NCBI GenBank assembly: GCA_050273025.1
Contig: CP158635.1
Span: forward strand, 18,724,001-18,788,000
Direction: 5' to 3'
Origin: Cenococcum geophilum
Lineage: Eukaryota
Length of the DNA: 64,000 nucleotides
The position numbers and the translations under genes were made by a program. This document shows positions 1 through 13,223 of the stretch, in pieces; the first letter of the stretch is position 1, and every line of letters begins with the position of its first letter. The notes under the pieces are model-generated. The model saw only the letters and a list, made by a program, of their open reading frames with translations, ran no database searches and was not told where the DNA came from.

Positions 1-3000
1 CGGTAAAAGGGACGCGTAAGCCTATATAATTGGTAGTCTATAAACAAGGATCTAAAGCTAGAGAAAGGAAAGGAGAAGAAGAGCAGCGCTAGTTAAAGTA
101 GGGTTCTTTTTATACGGTCTTCTAGTTATATAACTGTAAAGTTCTGCCAAGTTTTACTAACTAAGTTCTACCAAGTTCTGCTAGGTTCTGCTAGTGCTAT
201 AATACTTAATGAGTTTAATTTATAGCTAGGCGGTAATCTTTTTGCTATATTTAATAAGCTTAATCTCTATAACGATAATAATAAGTTAGATAGCTTTATA
301 CTACCTATTAACTTTACTTAAACCTAGCTTTAACCTGCGTATAAGTTGCTTAATAAGTAATATAAGATATTAGCTATAAGCTACTACTATAACCGTTTAA
401 TATCTGCTATAGTTAGTAGTACTAGTATATATTCCTAAGTAATTAATGTTATTAATTAATTAATCTATTTAGTTTCCGAGCTGCGTTTACTAGGGGTATA
501 AGGTAAAAGGGGGAGGGGTATTATCCTAATAGATATTAGCTACTATAGTTGCAATATCCGCTTAGCGGATATAAGGTAAACTTACCTAGTATTAGCTAAC
601 CCTGCCTAATATTAGCCCGCTATATACTAATTAGCATTACTATTAATTTCCTATAGTGCTCTTCGCATATATTTACCTCTATTTAATCACATTAACCGCA
701 AAGACGTATCTAACTAGCTAGTTATTAGTGGTATAGATATATCTAACGGCTAATATAAGGGTAATAATGGAGGAGTAGGAGCTAGAGACCTAAGAGTTAG
801 TAAAGGTATAAGTATATTCTTTTCCTAAGTTATTAGTAAGAGGTTTATAGCTAACTATTAACTAGCCTATAATATATTAGCGCTATAGTAAGGCGCTAAT
901 TACTATAGCGCTAATATTTTAAATCTTCTATTTAAAACCTATAAAGCCCGTATAAGAGCTTATAATAAGCGCTTATTTATAGCAGCGTGCTACTCTAATA
1001 CTTAGGAAAACCGCTCTAATATTTATATAATTAACCTAGAAGGACCTAAGAGTTACCCTATTTCTTTTTATTTCTACTTTTATTTTTTATCTATTAAAAG
1101 CTTAATAAGGGATAGAAGCTCTTTACTAAGGATATTAGGATCCTACTTAGGTATTACTTACCTTAATAATATTGTATCTAGAACCCACCCTATATTATAA
1201 AGGTGATAGAGCTACTTATCTAGTATAATATAATTAACTATAGGCGTTTATAGTATATCCTAATACCTAGCCTCCGCCTATTACGTAAACTACTTTTATA
1301 TATTACTTAATATAGGCTCCTAGCGGGTTTTCACAATATCCGCACTAGCTATAGTGCGGATATTATACTTATAATCCGTAAATATTGCTTAGTTATAGTT
1401 ACTATAATATAAGTCTTTGCTAATAGTAAACTGTGAGTTTCTATAGTGTATAAGTTATATCGCTTATAAGTATACCTAATCCTTATTAACTAGCCGCTAT
1501 AGGGTAAACGGCAGTTTACTATATAACTGCGTATTAGTTAACCGCTTCTTTAGGTATAGGTTAGTATAATAAGCTTTTTAGGTAGGCGTACTATAGAACT
1601 ACTAGGGCTTAACCTATACCCGCTTCTTATATCTACCAACTACTTAGTATTAACTAATGCTATAGATAAAGCATTACTTATAATATCCGTAGTCTTTACA
1701 TTTTATCGCCCGCGGATATTATTACGCAGCGCGCTTACGCGAAAATCGCCTATATACTAAGGTTGTATATACTTAGAACTACCTAATTTATTATAAGGAC
1801 CCTACTAGCAGCTCTTAACTATAAAGATTGCTTTACCTAAGAGGCCTTTTCCTTGGCCTGCCTAGCTAAACTACTATATTAGTATATTACAGGATTTATA
1901 GTAAGGTATTCTATATTAGATTAAACGGTAGATATCTAGGATATCTATACTATATACTACTACATCTAATATAACTAAAATTTAAATTTAAGACGTTGGG
2001 CGCGTGTATTTGGCGTATAAGCGGTCTTTATTAATATCCGTAAGCGTTATATAGTAGCTCTATACTACTTCTTTAGTAATAGCAGTATTATAGCCGCAAT
2101 AGATTAACTAGCTGCGAATAGTATTATAATAGGCAGCTATCTACTTCTTAGAATTAAAGAAGATAATCGGTTTTAAAATTAGCTAAAGTTAATTAAACTA
2201 TTAGCGGTATATCCGTTATACGGATATTAAGCGGCTTCTTAATTACTCGCCTTCTTTTTAGTTACTATTACTAGCAGTATATAAATATACTAGAGTAGCA
2301 GTAATAGTAAAGTAAAGAGCTTAAAAGTCCTTCTTTTCTAGCGCAGTTATAACCCTTTATATAATCTTTAGCTCTAGCCAATTAATTAGGGGTTTAATAA
2401 CTTATATCTTAGGTTTAAACCTAGCTAGCTTATATATAGTCTAAAATATAAATAGGTCTAGCGTTGTAGTATATATAAACTAAGGCTTATTAACTAAGAC
2501 TAAACGTACTTTAAAGAATTATACGTACGCTATACGGAAGGTCTCTCCCTAATTAGTAAGCAGGTGTACTTTATTAACTACTATAAGGGTAATATAAGAA
2601 TAAAATATTAGGTCTACTAAAACCTTATATAGCTTATTACTAACTAAAAGCTTTAGGGAGATAAGGATATATATATAGCTGCCTATACGGATATCCTTAA
2701 TTAGCTTAGCGGATATTATCTTCCCTATATATAAATAGGTCGAATATAAGATAGCTTTATAATCTTTTTTACTTACTTTAACCTAATTATATTAAGTAGA
2801 AGAATAATAATAATAACCATATTAGGTATAAGATATAGTAGTACTTATATTATTATACTCTTACTAAAAGATATCTTTGCTATAAGTATAAGATCTTACC
2901 GCTTAAATATTAGCACCCTTAGGGCCTTAAGCTGCTCTATACAACTATAGTATAGATATATCTCCGCAATAGCTTTATCTAGCTTACTTATTTAAAGCCT

Positions 3001-3560
3001 ATAAGAGCTGCTTATAAGCTAGGGTAGCTCCCTCTATAGGCTATATAGCTGTAAAGACCGCTAGAGATCTATTTTAATATAATCCCTAGCCTATTACGTC
3101 CTACTAGCTTATTAATCTGCTTAACTAGCTTATGGTTTATAACCTCTTTACCTTATTTACTTTAATAGAGGCATTAGTAGATAGCGCTTAAAAGTAGTAA
3201 AGGAAGAGTAAAGGGTTAGATAAAGGCAGGAAGGACTTAAATATATTATAATAGATAGATCTTAATAGGGTTTAATTATTAGATTATTAGATTATAGATA
3301 TAATAAATAGAGAGTAGGTAGTTAAGATTAACGTATTATTAGTGCGGATATTACTAATTATTTACCTTAGTAAACCGCGTTATAGCTATTTTAAAATTAA
3401 TATTAGGAATAAAAAGGTAAGGAGACTTCTTATATAGACTATTTAATTCGCCGGAGCTTAGTATATAATTAATAGATTTTTTAAGCTATCTAAACTTGTT
3501 ATAAGAATAAGAAGTGAATATCCGTAATATTAGCTATACGGATATCGCGACGTGCGTTAT
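1..3560. mobile_element. RIP-degenerated transposon relic (probably extends left of the window)
   Basis: Very AT-rich, TpA-rich and almost devoid of CpA/TpG, with no ORF >60 aa. Composition switches abruptly to normal near 3560. A degenerate helicase frame can be read inside it. Confidence 0.9.
1150..3130 (-). pseudogene. RIP-inactivated RecQ-like SF2 (DExH) helicase carried by the transposon
   Basis: Manual minus-strand translation, with G>A/C>T changes reverted: ~2860-2880 AKISFSKS (AKTSFGKS, Walker A); ~2520-2580 VVNKVHLLTN*GETFRIAY (VVDEVH..WG..FR..Y, RecQ motif II plus aromatic loop); ~1850-1880 I**FS*AGQ (QRFGRAGR, motif VI); ~1395-1412 YYSNY (CCSNC, RecQ Zn-binding). Ends are approximate. 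Confidence 0.8.
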
Positions 3561-3578
3561 AAACGTCGGCCAAAGTGT

Positions 3579-3660
3579 CTCAGACCATACAGGGACAGAT
3601 GGCCTAAACTGGTTTAGTGCTATCGGGCCGGATTTATCCGGCCTCCCTGTGTGGTCTGAG
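3579..3660. repeat. 17-bp inverted repeat enclosing two short hairpins
   Basis: ctcagaccatacaggga (3579-3595) vs tccctgtgtggtctgag (3644-3660), 1 mismatch. Internal palindromes ctaaac-tg-gtttag and ggccggat-tt-atccggcc. Confidence 0.8.
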
Positions 3661-5506
3661 CATGCTGAGACAAGTCGACGGGGGTTGTAACTATGTGTCA
3701 CGTGCGGCTCAGCGACTCAGCGGGCGCTCAGCCGAGCAGTGAACACCACTGTAACTATGCCGACCGTCATGACCCTATCACCCACGTTCGGTGTGCTCCA
3801 TGAACATTGGAAAAGTTTAGTGTTGCCGCCTACTTGAGCACACCCCTTGGGCGCGTCCTCCCAAAGTAAGTCGCAAGTACCGGAAAGTTATGTATTTTGC
3901 AGTGCAAGATGCATCGAATCACATGATGCCGTAGAGACGGAGAATGGCCAAATGAAGATCGAAAAGCGGAATGGCGTAAGACAGACCAGGTCCTATTCGT
4001 GAGCGGTCGAATTTGGGCTTAAAACCCCTGCATCTCTTCTGTCTCGAGAACAGCTGTGCGTTCTCGCGAAGCCCAAAACGGAATTTGATGATGCTGTGGC
4101 TCAGGAACTACTTCCAAACTAGGTTCGGACGGGAATCCGTCCATAAACTTATTCACATCACTAAACTATGGACAGAAGCGCTTAATTGTAAGCCTAACCT
4201 CAAGTACGATGCTTAATGTGGTGCCGAGGACTGCTGAGCTCCATCCGCCACTAGATTTCATCCATCGTGTTTAAGAGTTTCTCATCAGCTTTAGTCCCAA
4301 TCTTTACTCTCCACATCTAGGGTCATCTCTATCTCCACCCTAGAAGTTCCCTTAACCCTTGGTTTATCCATATCTACAAACTTGCCAAATCAAGATCTAC
4401 AGCAATATTACCTAAAATTCGCGCAGCCATTGCGCTTAATGTCCAGGTTCTAACTGCTTTATCCAATGTCCGTAGGAAACGTTTCTAGGGCTTCCGACTC
4501 ACTCATTTGCTTCCACAAATGCTCAGTTACACTTCTCACTGCCTCGGTTTATTCCCTGCTACTGAATAACTAGACATCTATAATATTATCCTCGAAGCCT
4601 GTCTAAGTATCATTTTTGGACTACATTCTTTATTCCTAATTCGTTCCTCCTATTACTCGGAAAATGCACTAATCCATTGTTATTCTCGCTGGCCTCTGTC
4701 GCCATGGCTTTTCCTTTTGTAGCGGACATACCTGGTGTTGATTCCTCTCTTTTCTGCGCCCACCGCAACAAGCCTCGCCAGCAGCCAGGAGGCAACCAAG
4801 CTGGTGGCGCTGCGACATGCCCATTTAATTCTCAGCATCAGCCTGCCGTGCCGGTCACATCAAAGTATCCATATAACAACGCGAAGAATGGCCTACCAGG
4901 CAATGGTAAGGGTGGCTATCAAGCTCCTGCGCCGGGAGATACAGCGCATCAATCTGAGGCTCCTAGTCCTAATGATATCAGAGGACCTTGTCCTGGTTTC
5001 AATTCTGCTACAAATAATCATGTAAGTCCTTAACCTATTGCAATATAGCTGCACATATGTCTTCTTGGCTCATAATGGCATCACTACTGTCAATGAACTT
5101 GTCGATGCTCAACAAAATGTGTACAATGTTAGATACGAACCTCTGCCGTTTTGCTAGCTGCATTAGGTCTTACTTTGACTGATGGTACGCTCTAGCTCCA
5201 TGACCGTACGTCGACTAGTCATGATTGCTCAGTTATTTCACAGGCGACTTAGTTACGGAAAAGCTCTCGATCAGTTGTGATGCCACTACCCGCACCTCAA
5301 TCGATCCCACGTTGACTGGCAGCGAGCCTGGCTTAGATGGCCATAACAACTTCGAGTCTGATACTTCTGACACGTAACGACTTCTTTTTGGCTGACGGTG
5401 ATAACCTTTCTTTCAATGGGTTAGTTTAAAGGATAATTTACAAGATTGACATCGCATGAATGCTAATACGTTCTCCTAGGACGCTCTTTGGTAATGACTA
5501 TAAGAC

Positions 5507-6319
5507 CAGTAATGTAACTGGTCTGGTTGGTTACAAATTTGAGCTCTGTAACCAACCAATAGCCCATTTAAAGCTCCGAACCGGTTTGGTAACTAGTTTA
5601 ACCGGTTTAACCAGATAATATTTAATATATTGTAAGGCTTAACATAGTATTAAGTTATAATTAATTATTAACAACGATATATTTAATACTGTCTTCTTTA
5701 TTACCCTTATCTTCCTTATCGTTCTTATTACCCTTATCGTCCTTATCACCCTGCCTATTTTAACCCCCCTCCTCTTTACCAGCTTCCTAATCTATATTAC
5801 CCTATATATTAGAATCCTTTGGGCAGCAGCTTTTGGCGACAGCCTTAGCAGTAGTTTTTCTTTAATAACTACTATTTATAAGACTGCTTCTCCCTTTGCG
5901 TAATAATTAATTAGCTAAAATAATAAAAGCCTCTATTAAATTGGTAGTAAGTAGAAGGGTAAGGTAACGCGATGTGTATAGACAGGTGATATGCATAGAC
6001 AGGCGACGCGTATAGATAGGTAATGCGTATAGATAGGTAACGCACTATACTAAAATTAACTCTTAAAATAGTATCTAGAAATAAGGTGGTAGAGCTTAAT
6101 AATTTAGTGGCTTCGGCTCCCCTATATGGCGTATATTCTTACCCAAATTATTACCGCTAAAGGCCTATACTAACTCTATTGGTTTAGCTGGTTACCTGGT
6201 TAATTAGAGAGCTTTAAAACCAACCAGCTGGAAGCCAATTAAAGCTCCGAACTGGTTGCGATTTTTGAAGCTTTTCCAACCAACTAACCAATAAGCGAAC
6301 CAGACCAGTTACATCACTG
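5507..6319. mobile_element. Non-autonomous hAT-superfamily DNA transposon (813 bp), RIP-mutated interior
   Basis: 22-bp TIRs cagtaatgtaactggtctggtt / aaccagaccagttacatcactg (1 mismatch). Perfect 8-bp TSD tataagac at 5499-5506 and 6320-6327. The interior has a RIPed acidic C-terminal coding remnant (minus strand, ~5660-5860). Confidence 0.92.
5971..6043. repeat. 17-bp tandem repeat (~4.3 copies) inside the hAT element
   Basis: gatgtgtatagacaggt / gatatgcatagacaggc / gacgcgtatagataggt / aatgcgtatagataggt. The copies differ only by transitions. Confidence 0.85.
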
Positions 6320-7951
6320 TATAAGACACATGCCAGGGTAACTTCAACCGCGAGAACCTTGCGCTCTACAGGTATTAGCGATCTTAGCAATCTCTCGCCG
6401 AGAACCCCAACTGCTTCTTCGGCCCTCTTGCATTGCTCCTCTAGGGCGCCACATCCTTCCTGTAGGCACACATGCACCCTCCACCCCACAGTACTAACAC
6501 GTGGGATACAGATACGAGCTCATGCCAAACGGCAACCAAAATTACGCACCCGACTTGGAAACGATCTCCTCATTCTTCGGTGCCTCCCAGAATGCTGCAG
6601 AGAAAATGTCAGACAACTGGACCAACTGCGTCACGCCCTATAATAACGTCGACGTGACACTCGAGATACTCGCACAGTACACCCTGCACCCAGTGCTCTT
6701 TGGTAGTAAGACATCGGACGGCTCGTTCGATGCGCTGCCTAGCTTTGGATCTATCGAGGGTAAGCGATCTCGGGCCCTAACACGGCGTGTCTACTGTACC
6801 AGCTCGCGACTTAGAGCGTGTCGAGCTACCTGAACGGCGTCTTAACAACGACGGTCGAAGCCCTCAGCTTCATCGCCGCGAAAGTCTCGCCGTCCTTTGC
6901 GAATCTAGGATGTCCGCTCGCATTGGCCAAGTAGCGGGCTCCCACAGCGAGGCGGATAGTCGAGTTAGAGGCACGGGGTGCGATTAACGTAACACTGTGA
7001 GTCAATGCCCAGCATTGTGAGAATGGTGAAACGCCGAGAGCTCTAGCACCAGCCACTTGTTTATATTTTGCATGTGTTTCAGCGGCAGAAGTGTAGGTTT
7101 CGGATGCGTAGGCCGGAATCATATCTCGCATTCCGCGGCTGCTTCCAATTCGTTAAGTTGGCGGTGAAGACTGCTTCCTGTACATGCTTTTCATTCTGCG
7201 CCTTTTTATTTTATTTTTAAGAAAGGTGACTTATGAAGGCGACTTTACGGTAAGCGATTGGATAGTTTTGCAGTCCTTCGGTCTTTGGGTTAGAGTCAGT
7301 TGACTACCACGGTTGCTTTAGTCATATTTGATTCTTATTTAAAAATAGTACATCAAAGCTTGCTTGACTGCGAGCTTTTTGCCTTATCTTTACTATTTTA
7401 TCTCACTCAAATAATACCAGTCGTAGCCCAGAGACGTGGAACGCGGAGACTTATCTAGATTTAAGATATATCTCGACGAAAAATCCCACGACGTTACGTC
7501 TCGCGGCTGAAAATTATTGTCTGCCAGCAGCGCAATGGAACTTCTCAAACACAACTGTGGCGATCGACAGACGCCACAATACCCGCCCTTTGCCATTTTC
7601 CACGCGGCGTACATGAACGCCACTTGCTCCTCGAACAAAAACAACGCAAACCCTTTCCCAAGCCACGAGCCTTCACAAATCCAGTGCCCGCCGTGATTTT
7701 TGGAATACCCAACCAATAGGGAAATAGCCGCCATTTCTCGCATAACCTCGTTCAAACAAAGGAAAGAGTGCCTAGTGAGGATCATTCCAGATACACAGAA
7801 GATCCAAACCCAGGGGTAAAAAATTATGTCAACAATTAGAATATACAGACAACGAGCGGAAGTGCTAAGTAGTAAGGATTATTCCAGGAAAATCATAAAC
7901 CAAATACTCTAAAGAAGATACAATGCGAAAAGAGAATCCTATGTAGTCCAG

Positions 7952-10900
7952 CTATATGATGCTCTTTAGGCCACGGAAGCCTCCGGACTTCGATGCTTTG
8001 TCTTTCTTCTCGGCCTTCTCGGCTTTGTCTTTGGACTTTTTGCCAATGTTCTGTGCGCCGCCTGTGTTTGTTATTAGTCGGCCGTCCAAAAATGAATGAG
8101 AAGAGCTTACCACGACCATAGACCCTAACCTCAGACTTGGGTATAATCTTTTCCTTTTTCTCGCCTTTGCTGCTGCTAGTCTCTACAGAAAAGGCGCTCT
8201 TGCCGCTGGAAATGACTGTCTCCGGTGCATTCGGTGCTTGAAATGAAGCAGTAAGAGAGGATTCATAGACAGCTGAGAGGTCATGTGTAGGGCTTGTCGG
8301 CTCCCCATAAGCTTTCCGGGAGTTTAGGGATTCGAGCCGCACCGGACGCGCAGGGTATGATTGTGCTGGTGGACTGTTGTTGGACAATGGGGAGTGGTAT
8401 TCGCTGTAGTAATCGTCTTCTTCCTGCATATTTGTATTTACCTGAGGACGAGGAAATCGAGAAGCGTAGCCACCGACACTGCTGCCAGTATTGCTATTCT
8501 GGCGACTGAAAGCCTGTATCGATGGCTCATCGGCCGTGCGATTCAAATCGTGCATGTGGCCTCGACCTTTATTCCGGCCCCTTTCGGCTTGTAGTTCGCC
8601 GTCGAGCTCATGGACACGCATCTCCAACTCAGTGTATTGGTCAAGCAGGCGATAGTGAGTCTTTTTCATCTGTTGTAGTTTCGCTTGACTCGCTGCCAGG
8701 GCAGAGTCTACCATTTGCTGCATGGAACTTGACAGTTGGCCTGGCTGAGAATTCTTCTGCGTCGATTGGAGGCGGTTTTCAAACTCTGAAATTTTGCGCT
8801 CATACGCCTTCCGGGTTCGTTCACGATCGGCATCTCTACTGTTGAGCTTCATATTGGCGATTTCGAGGTCACTGCGTAAATTATCGCGCTCTTTCTTGGT
8901 AGCCTCGAGATCTGCAAGACTTTCCTGGAGCTTCTGACACTTCTCTTGCAAAGTCCCAACGTCGGCCCGCAAGTTATCTAACTCTTTTAGATCTAATTCC
9001 GTTGAACGTAGTTTCTGTTTTGCATTCAGTTCTCTTGCCTCACTCTCAACTGCAAGTCTTCTTAGCCGTTCACAATCGTGTTGTGACTTCTGCAAGTCAA
9101 GTCGGAGACTGTCCTCATCCGAGTGCCAGTGTTTTTGCTCTTCCTTGTAGGAACGAACCTTGGAGCTCAACTCGCTCTCCCATTTCTTAAACTGGCTCCG
9201 GCCAGTGAGAGTTTCTTTCTTCAATTGTGCATACATTTCGTTCGCTTTGGCGAGTTTAGCTTTTAGAGCACGATTCGTGTTGATAAGATTCTGCGTTTCA
9301 GCCTCGACAGTCGCTTCCTTTATATGCTTGCGCTGCAGCTGCCCAATGTGGGACAGATGTTGGAGTTTGAGGTAGCGTTCAAAGTTTAGATCGTTTCGTA
9401 GGAGCATGACCTCGCGCTGAAGAGATGCTATACTCTGATTTTGGAACTCAGTGCGGGTTGGTGAGCCCGAGTGATGGCTTTGAGACATCGCTTGGGCGAA
9501 TTGCTCTAGCCGTGGTGATGGCAGGGTACTGCTTTGAGGAGCAGACATGGCGCCGGCCTTGCGCAGAGAACGCTTTCTCTTTGGCTGCGGGTTCTTAGTT
9601 TCCAAATCACTTAGAGTGCGCAGAGGTGGCAGAGTAGGGCTGTCCATGACGTCTCTGGCTTTAAGGACTGGTGAGGCAGGCTTCGATGATTTGGCTACGG
9701 AATGGCTGTAGGTGCTGTGGTATGATTTTCGAGGCATTTCGATGCCATCTGATTGCCAATTGCTTGATGGGGAGAACATAGTAGATTGTGTATTTCGCCA
9801 GCTAGTCGCAGGCTCGTCATTCGCGATAGCACCATCGTCGTCAAGAATGAATATCCCCTCTTGCGGTATATCGTCTGTTCGGGCAAGAGGTGCTGGTACA
9901 GCAGGAAGCTTCGATGTAGGGGGTGGCCCTGGATCATCGAGGGTTGAAGAAACAGCCACGCATAATTCCATGCAATCAGTGACGACATCTGCAGGATCAC
10001 TCTTGAGCCAGCGGGTATCGCTGAGTTCGTCCTCGATAGTTGTAGTGAACATGTTAGGATGCAGCAAGTGAACTTGGCGATAAGGTTCCGTTCTACTCCG
10101 AATGAGATCTTGGTCTAGGTCGAAGTCGTCCGCACCAGGAAAATCTACATTTTTCAGGTATTTACGAGGTTTCCGTATGTAGCTCATAAAGTTCAGAGGA
10201 AAGAGTCCATAGAGGAAGGTGAAGAAGTGAAGAAGCCCAGGTGCCGTATTTTCTGCGTAGTCAAATGACCGATGCAACTTTTCCCATGTCTGCTCAGACT
10301 CTGAATCTTCGTTTGAATCCTGACCTGTCGACTTCTCGGATTCCTCGTCAGTCGGATTTTGCTCCTCAGAGTTAGCCCCTCCAAACCGGTCCCAGCACAA
10401 CATCCTGCTGTAAATGAGGAAAAGCTTTGATAGATGGAAATCCGAGGTCAGCGAGCTTGTAATATGGGGCAGAAACATGATGAGAACCGTCAATGCTAGT
10501 TCAATAACAGTAGCAGAGGCATCGATCATCAAACATTTCTCAAGATGCTGGATCAAGGGCGTTTCAAGGACGAGATAGAGATGTGGCGGCTGGACTCGTA
10601 CAAAGGCGCTGAGTAGGTTAAGTGCTTGCGCCCGATATTGTTTCTGGACGAAAAGCTCATCTAGGGCAAGTAGTAGTTCCTGTTACAAAGTGTTAAATAT
10701 CGTGTAGGATGTTCTCGTCTGGCACATACCTTTGGCTTTCTCCGACCAAATGTTATAAGTACGGATTCTAGCTCGTGCGCGATGAACTCATCTTGCGGAG
10801 ACGCAGTATCATCTTCAGTAAATGGGATCTTGGTGCGCTCCAAATACGCCTCCAACAGCCTCTTCGAAAACTGCGCGGAGAGCTGCGCTTTTCCCCCGCT

Positions 10901-11415
10901 CTTGTCGTCTTCAGCATCGAATATTAAGATTCCCTGGAGAAATTCGCGAGCATCCTCAATTTCTTCCCTTTTGTGTCCTATTGCATCTATTGTAGGCCTT
11001 ATTACTAAATTCCACCATTCCGCCAGCCGACTTTCTCCCCGAATCGCCGGTCGTAGAAGTTTCAGCGCGCTGAGGAAGGGTCCATGCTTGTCTGGGTTAT
11101 CAGCCACATATTTCTTGTAGAGTGGCAGCAGCTCGTCCTGGAGGCGCTGCGAATCGTGGTCGTCTATGTTCTGGTACCGGTCTAAGAATGCTTCGATGGT
11201 TTGCTGGAGGTCTTCGGGAAGAGGATAAGGCGTGATTGGGGCGGAGAACGTGGAGTTGAGAGCCTTGACGGCCTCCCTCATGGACCTGCGTATCTCAAGT
11301 AGTCAGCTCCTGCAAAAGCTATGCAGATCGCAAAGCCGCGACCAGTGGCCCAAGCTGACGGGTGCAGCGGAGAGCTGGAGAACCAAACAACGGGAGTGTC
11401 TCACCCGGACGACAT
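7952..11415 (-). CDS. TSC1: Hamartin / tuberous sclerosis 1 homolog (multi-exon)
   Basis: N-terminal helical region with FFTFLYGLFPLNFMSYIRKP and HLLHPN motifs. C-terminal coiled coil beginning LQREVMLLRNDLNFERYLKLQHLSHIGQL. Micro first exon ATGTCGTCCGG|gtgag at 11415; last exon ends ...GGFRGLKSII* at 7952. Confidence 0.88.
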
Positions 11416-13223
11416 TTCGTATTTGAGGCTCAGATTTTGATATTTTGTGGTGTCGTGCGCGCAGGCAGTCTCACGCAGTAATCCCGGACAGGCAAGTCGA
11501 CGTTATGTCTTTTGACAATGACGATGCTCAGTGCACTTGGCAGCGAAGTGAGCTAAAAAGTCAGCAGCTGACTGAGAGGTACGACTGATGGCCGACAGCG
11601 TGGGGTAACGCTCATAGATATTCACGACGGCCATTGTTCTTGTACGGCGAACCCTGTGAGTCTGCCGGATGATTCCGCCAAAGCTCCCCTTCGGCCCCCG
11701 TTTGTACCTTTTCGAGAGCGCCAAAAGTAATCGAAATGTGCAATAGGTGAGCGCCTACGCTTGGGTGGTTATCTCGTGGGCTGCACCAACTACCCTCCCA
11801 ATGCACTCTGTGGGATTGCTTGCGTCCAGAGAAGCGGGCTTGACGCCACCCACGAAACGGTGGGAGCCCCCTGCTCAGGAACGTTTGCTTTTTTGGCTTC
11901 ATCCTCCCAGCATGCCATGTGTGGTACCACGACCGTCAATCAATATATCAGCGAGGTGGGTGCGAAGATCGAGTCAAGAGAAGCCCCTCAATCTCAATTC
12001 CTACGAGGCCCGATGCTCTTAGCAGGCCGACAACAGGCCGACAGCAAATCCAGAGTGCCCAGAATGCCTATGTATGACCCCCTTTGCGTCCCCGCAACTC
12101 TCGTTTGGTTGCAGTCTCCCCTGCCGAGCCATGCAAAGCACCGCTTGCCTCGTTGCGTCCCTTGCTCCTGCTCGCCGTGGCGTCGACTACCCGGCCGCGT
12201 TACACAATCCTCTTTAGACAATGCTTGTATCGGCCAGCCACTTTCCCCCACGGCCCCTCTTTCAACCACGTTTGCATATTGAGTCCCCCAAACGACATGG
12301 GGTGTACCATAGGGACAAGAAAGCGTTGAAAATAACGGTCACTTGGAATCATTAGCGTCCCAGGGATGGCAATCCTTGCTGCCTTGGGATTCTTCACTCT
12401 GCCATGGCCTTCCCGCTCTTTGGCTCTAGCACTGAAAAGTCGGGGGATGACGTGAGACGGCGAGGGGATGACCCGTTATCTTATTCGGTCCGAATCATGA
12501 CTTTGGATATGTATCAGATGTCCGGCTTGGCCAAAGAACATTCAAACGCTTGTGTTTCGAAGAACTATGTGCGGCAAACGCGCTGTTTCGGAGGCACAAA
12601 AAGCGGTGCGACTCAAGTCATCCAAACATGTATCTGCAATCGCGGAGCGTTTCGCGGCGCTATAACAGCAAGATCGGTACTGGAAGTGAGTGCCTTACTC
12701 TTTTACACTGAGGTAAGGAAATCCTCCGGCTCAGTTACGCTTTTAACATTGCGCACATGCACACATACGCATAGTACCGTTGCGGCGCGCTGACATTGCG
12801 CGTACCTGCATTGAGACTATCGATTAACAAACTATTGTTCCCGGCTACAATGGCCGCAGGAGTTGTCACTGAGGTAGCGACGCTTCCTGAGACATCAATG
12901 GTACTATTTAATGTAATTTTATAGAGCACTTGTGGCTTGTGATGCGACAATAGCCTTCTGTAACTGCTAGTGGCGCCTGTCAAGAATTTCACGTCGTCAA
13001 AATTAGGAAAACCGTGTCTTAGATACATCCGTAGTTAGACCGGGCTTGTGGGACAGACCTTGCGTGCATCGGGTCGTCCGTTGATTTAATGCAGAATTTC
13101 AGCCTTGCAGATCCAAGATTCATCGAGCACTTCGTAATCAGGCAGCAATGGCTCGTTGGATTTGGCCCTGCTTAGCTGAATATTTGCATTTCCACCACAA
13201 CATACCTGCAAGATATCGGGAGC

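Larger units (their letters stand above)
4664..6934 (+). pseudogene. Heme-thiolate peroxidase / unspecific peroxygenase (chloroperoxidase family) pseudogene
   Basis: Signal-peptide-like start, DIRGPCPGFNSATNH (proximal PCP motif, ~4974-5021), GHNNFESDTS motif (~5340-5368), and a C-terminal ...FANLGCPLALAK* ending at 6934. Lesions: in-frame TAA at codon 3, several frameshifts and the hAT insertion at 5507-6319. Confidence 0.85.

Noticed and set aside
138..195. Degenerate 10-bp tandem repeat (aagttctgcc-like)
   Set aside because: Short low-complexity tract inside the RIPed transposon with no spacers. Not CRISPR-like or independently meaningful.
11503..13030. Several overlapping 70-170 aa ORFs between TSC1 and the GDSL gene
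   Set aside because: No recognisable motifs or consistent exon structure, and they often rely on non-ATG starts. Treated as intergenic or UTR.
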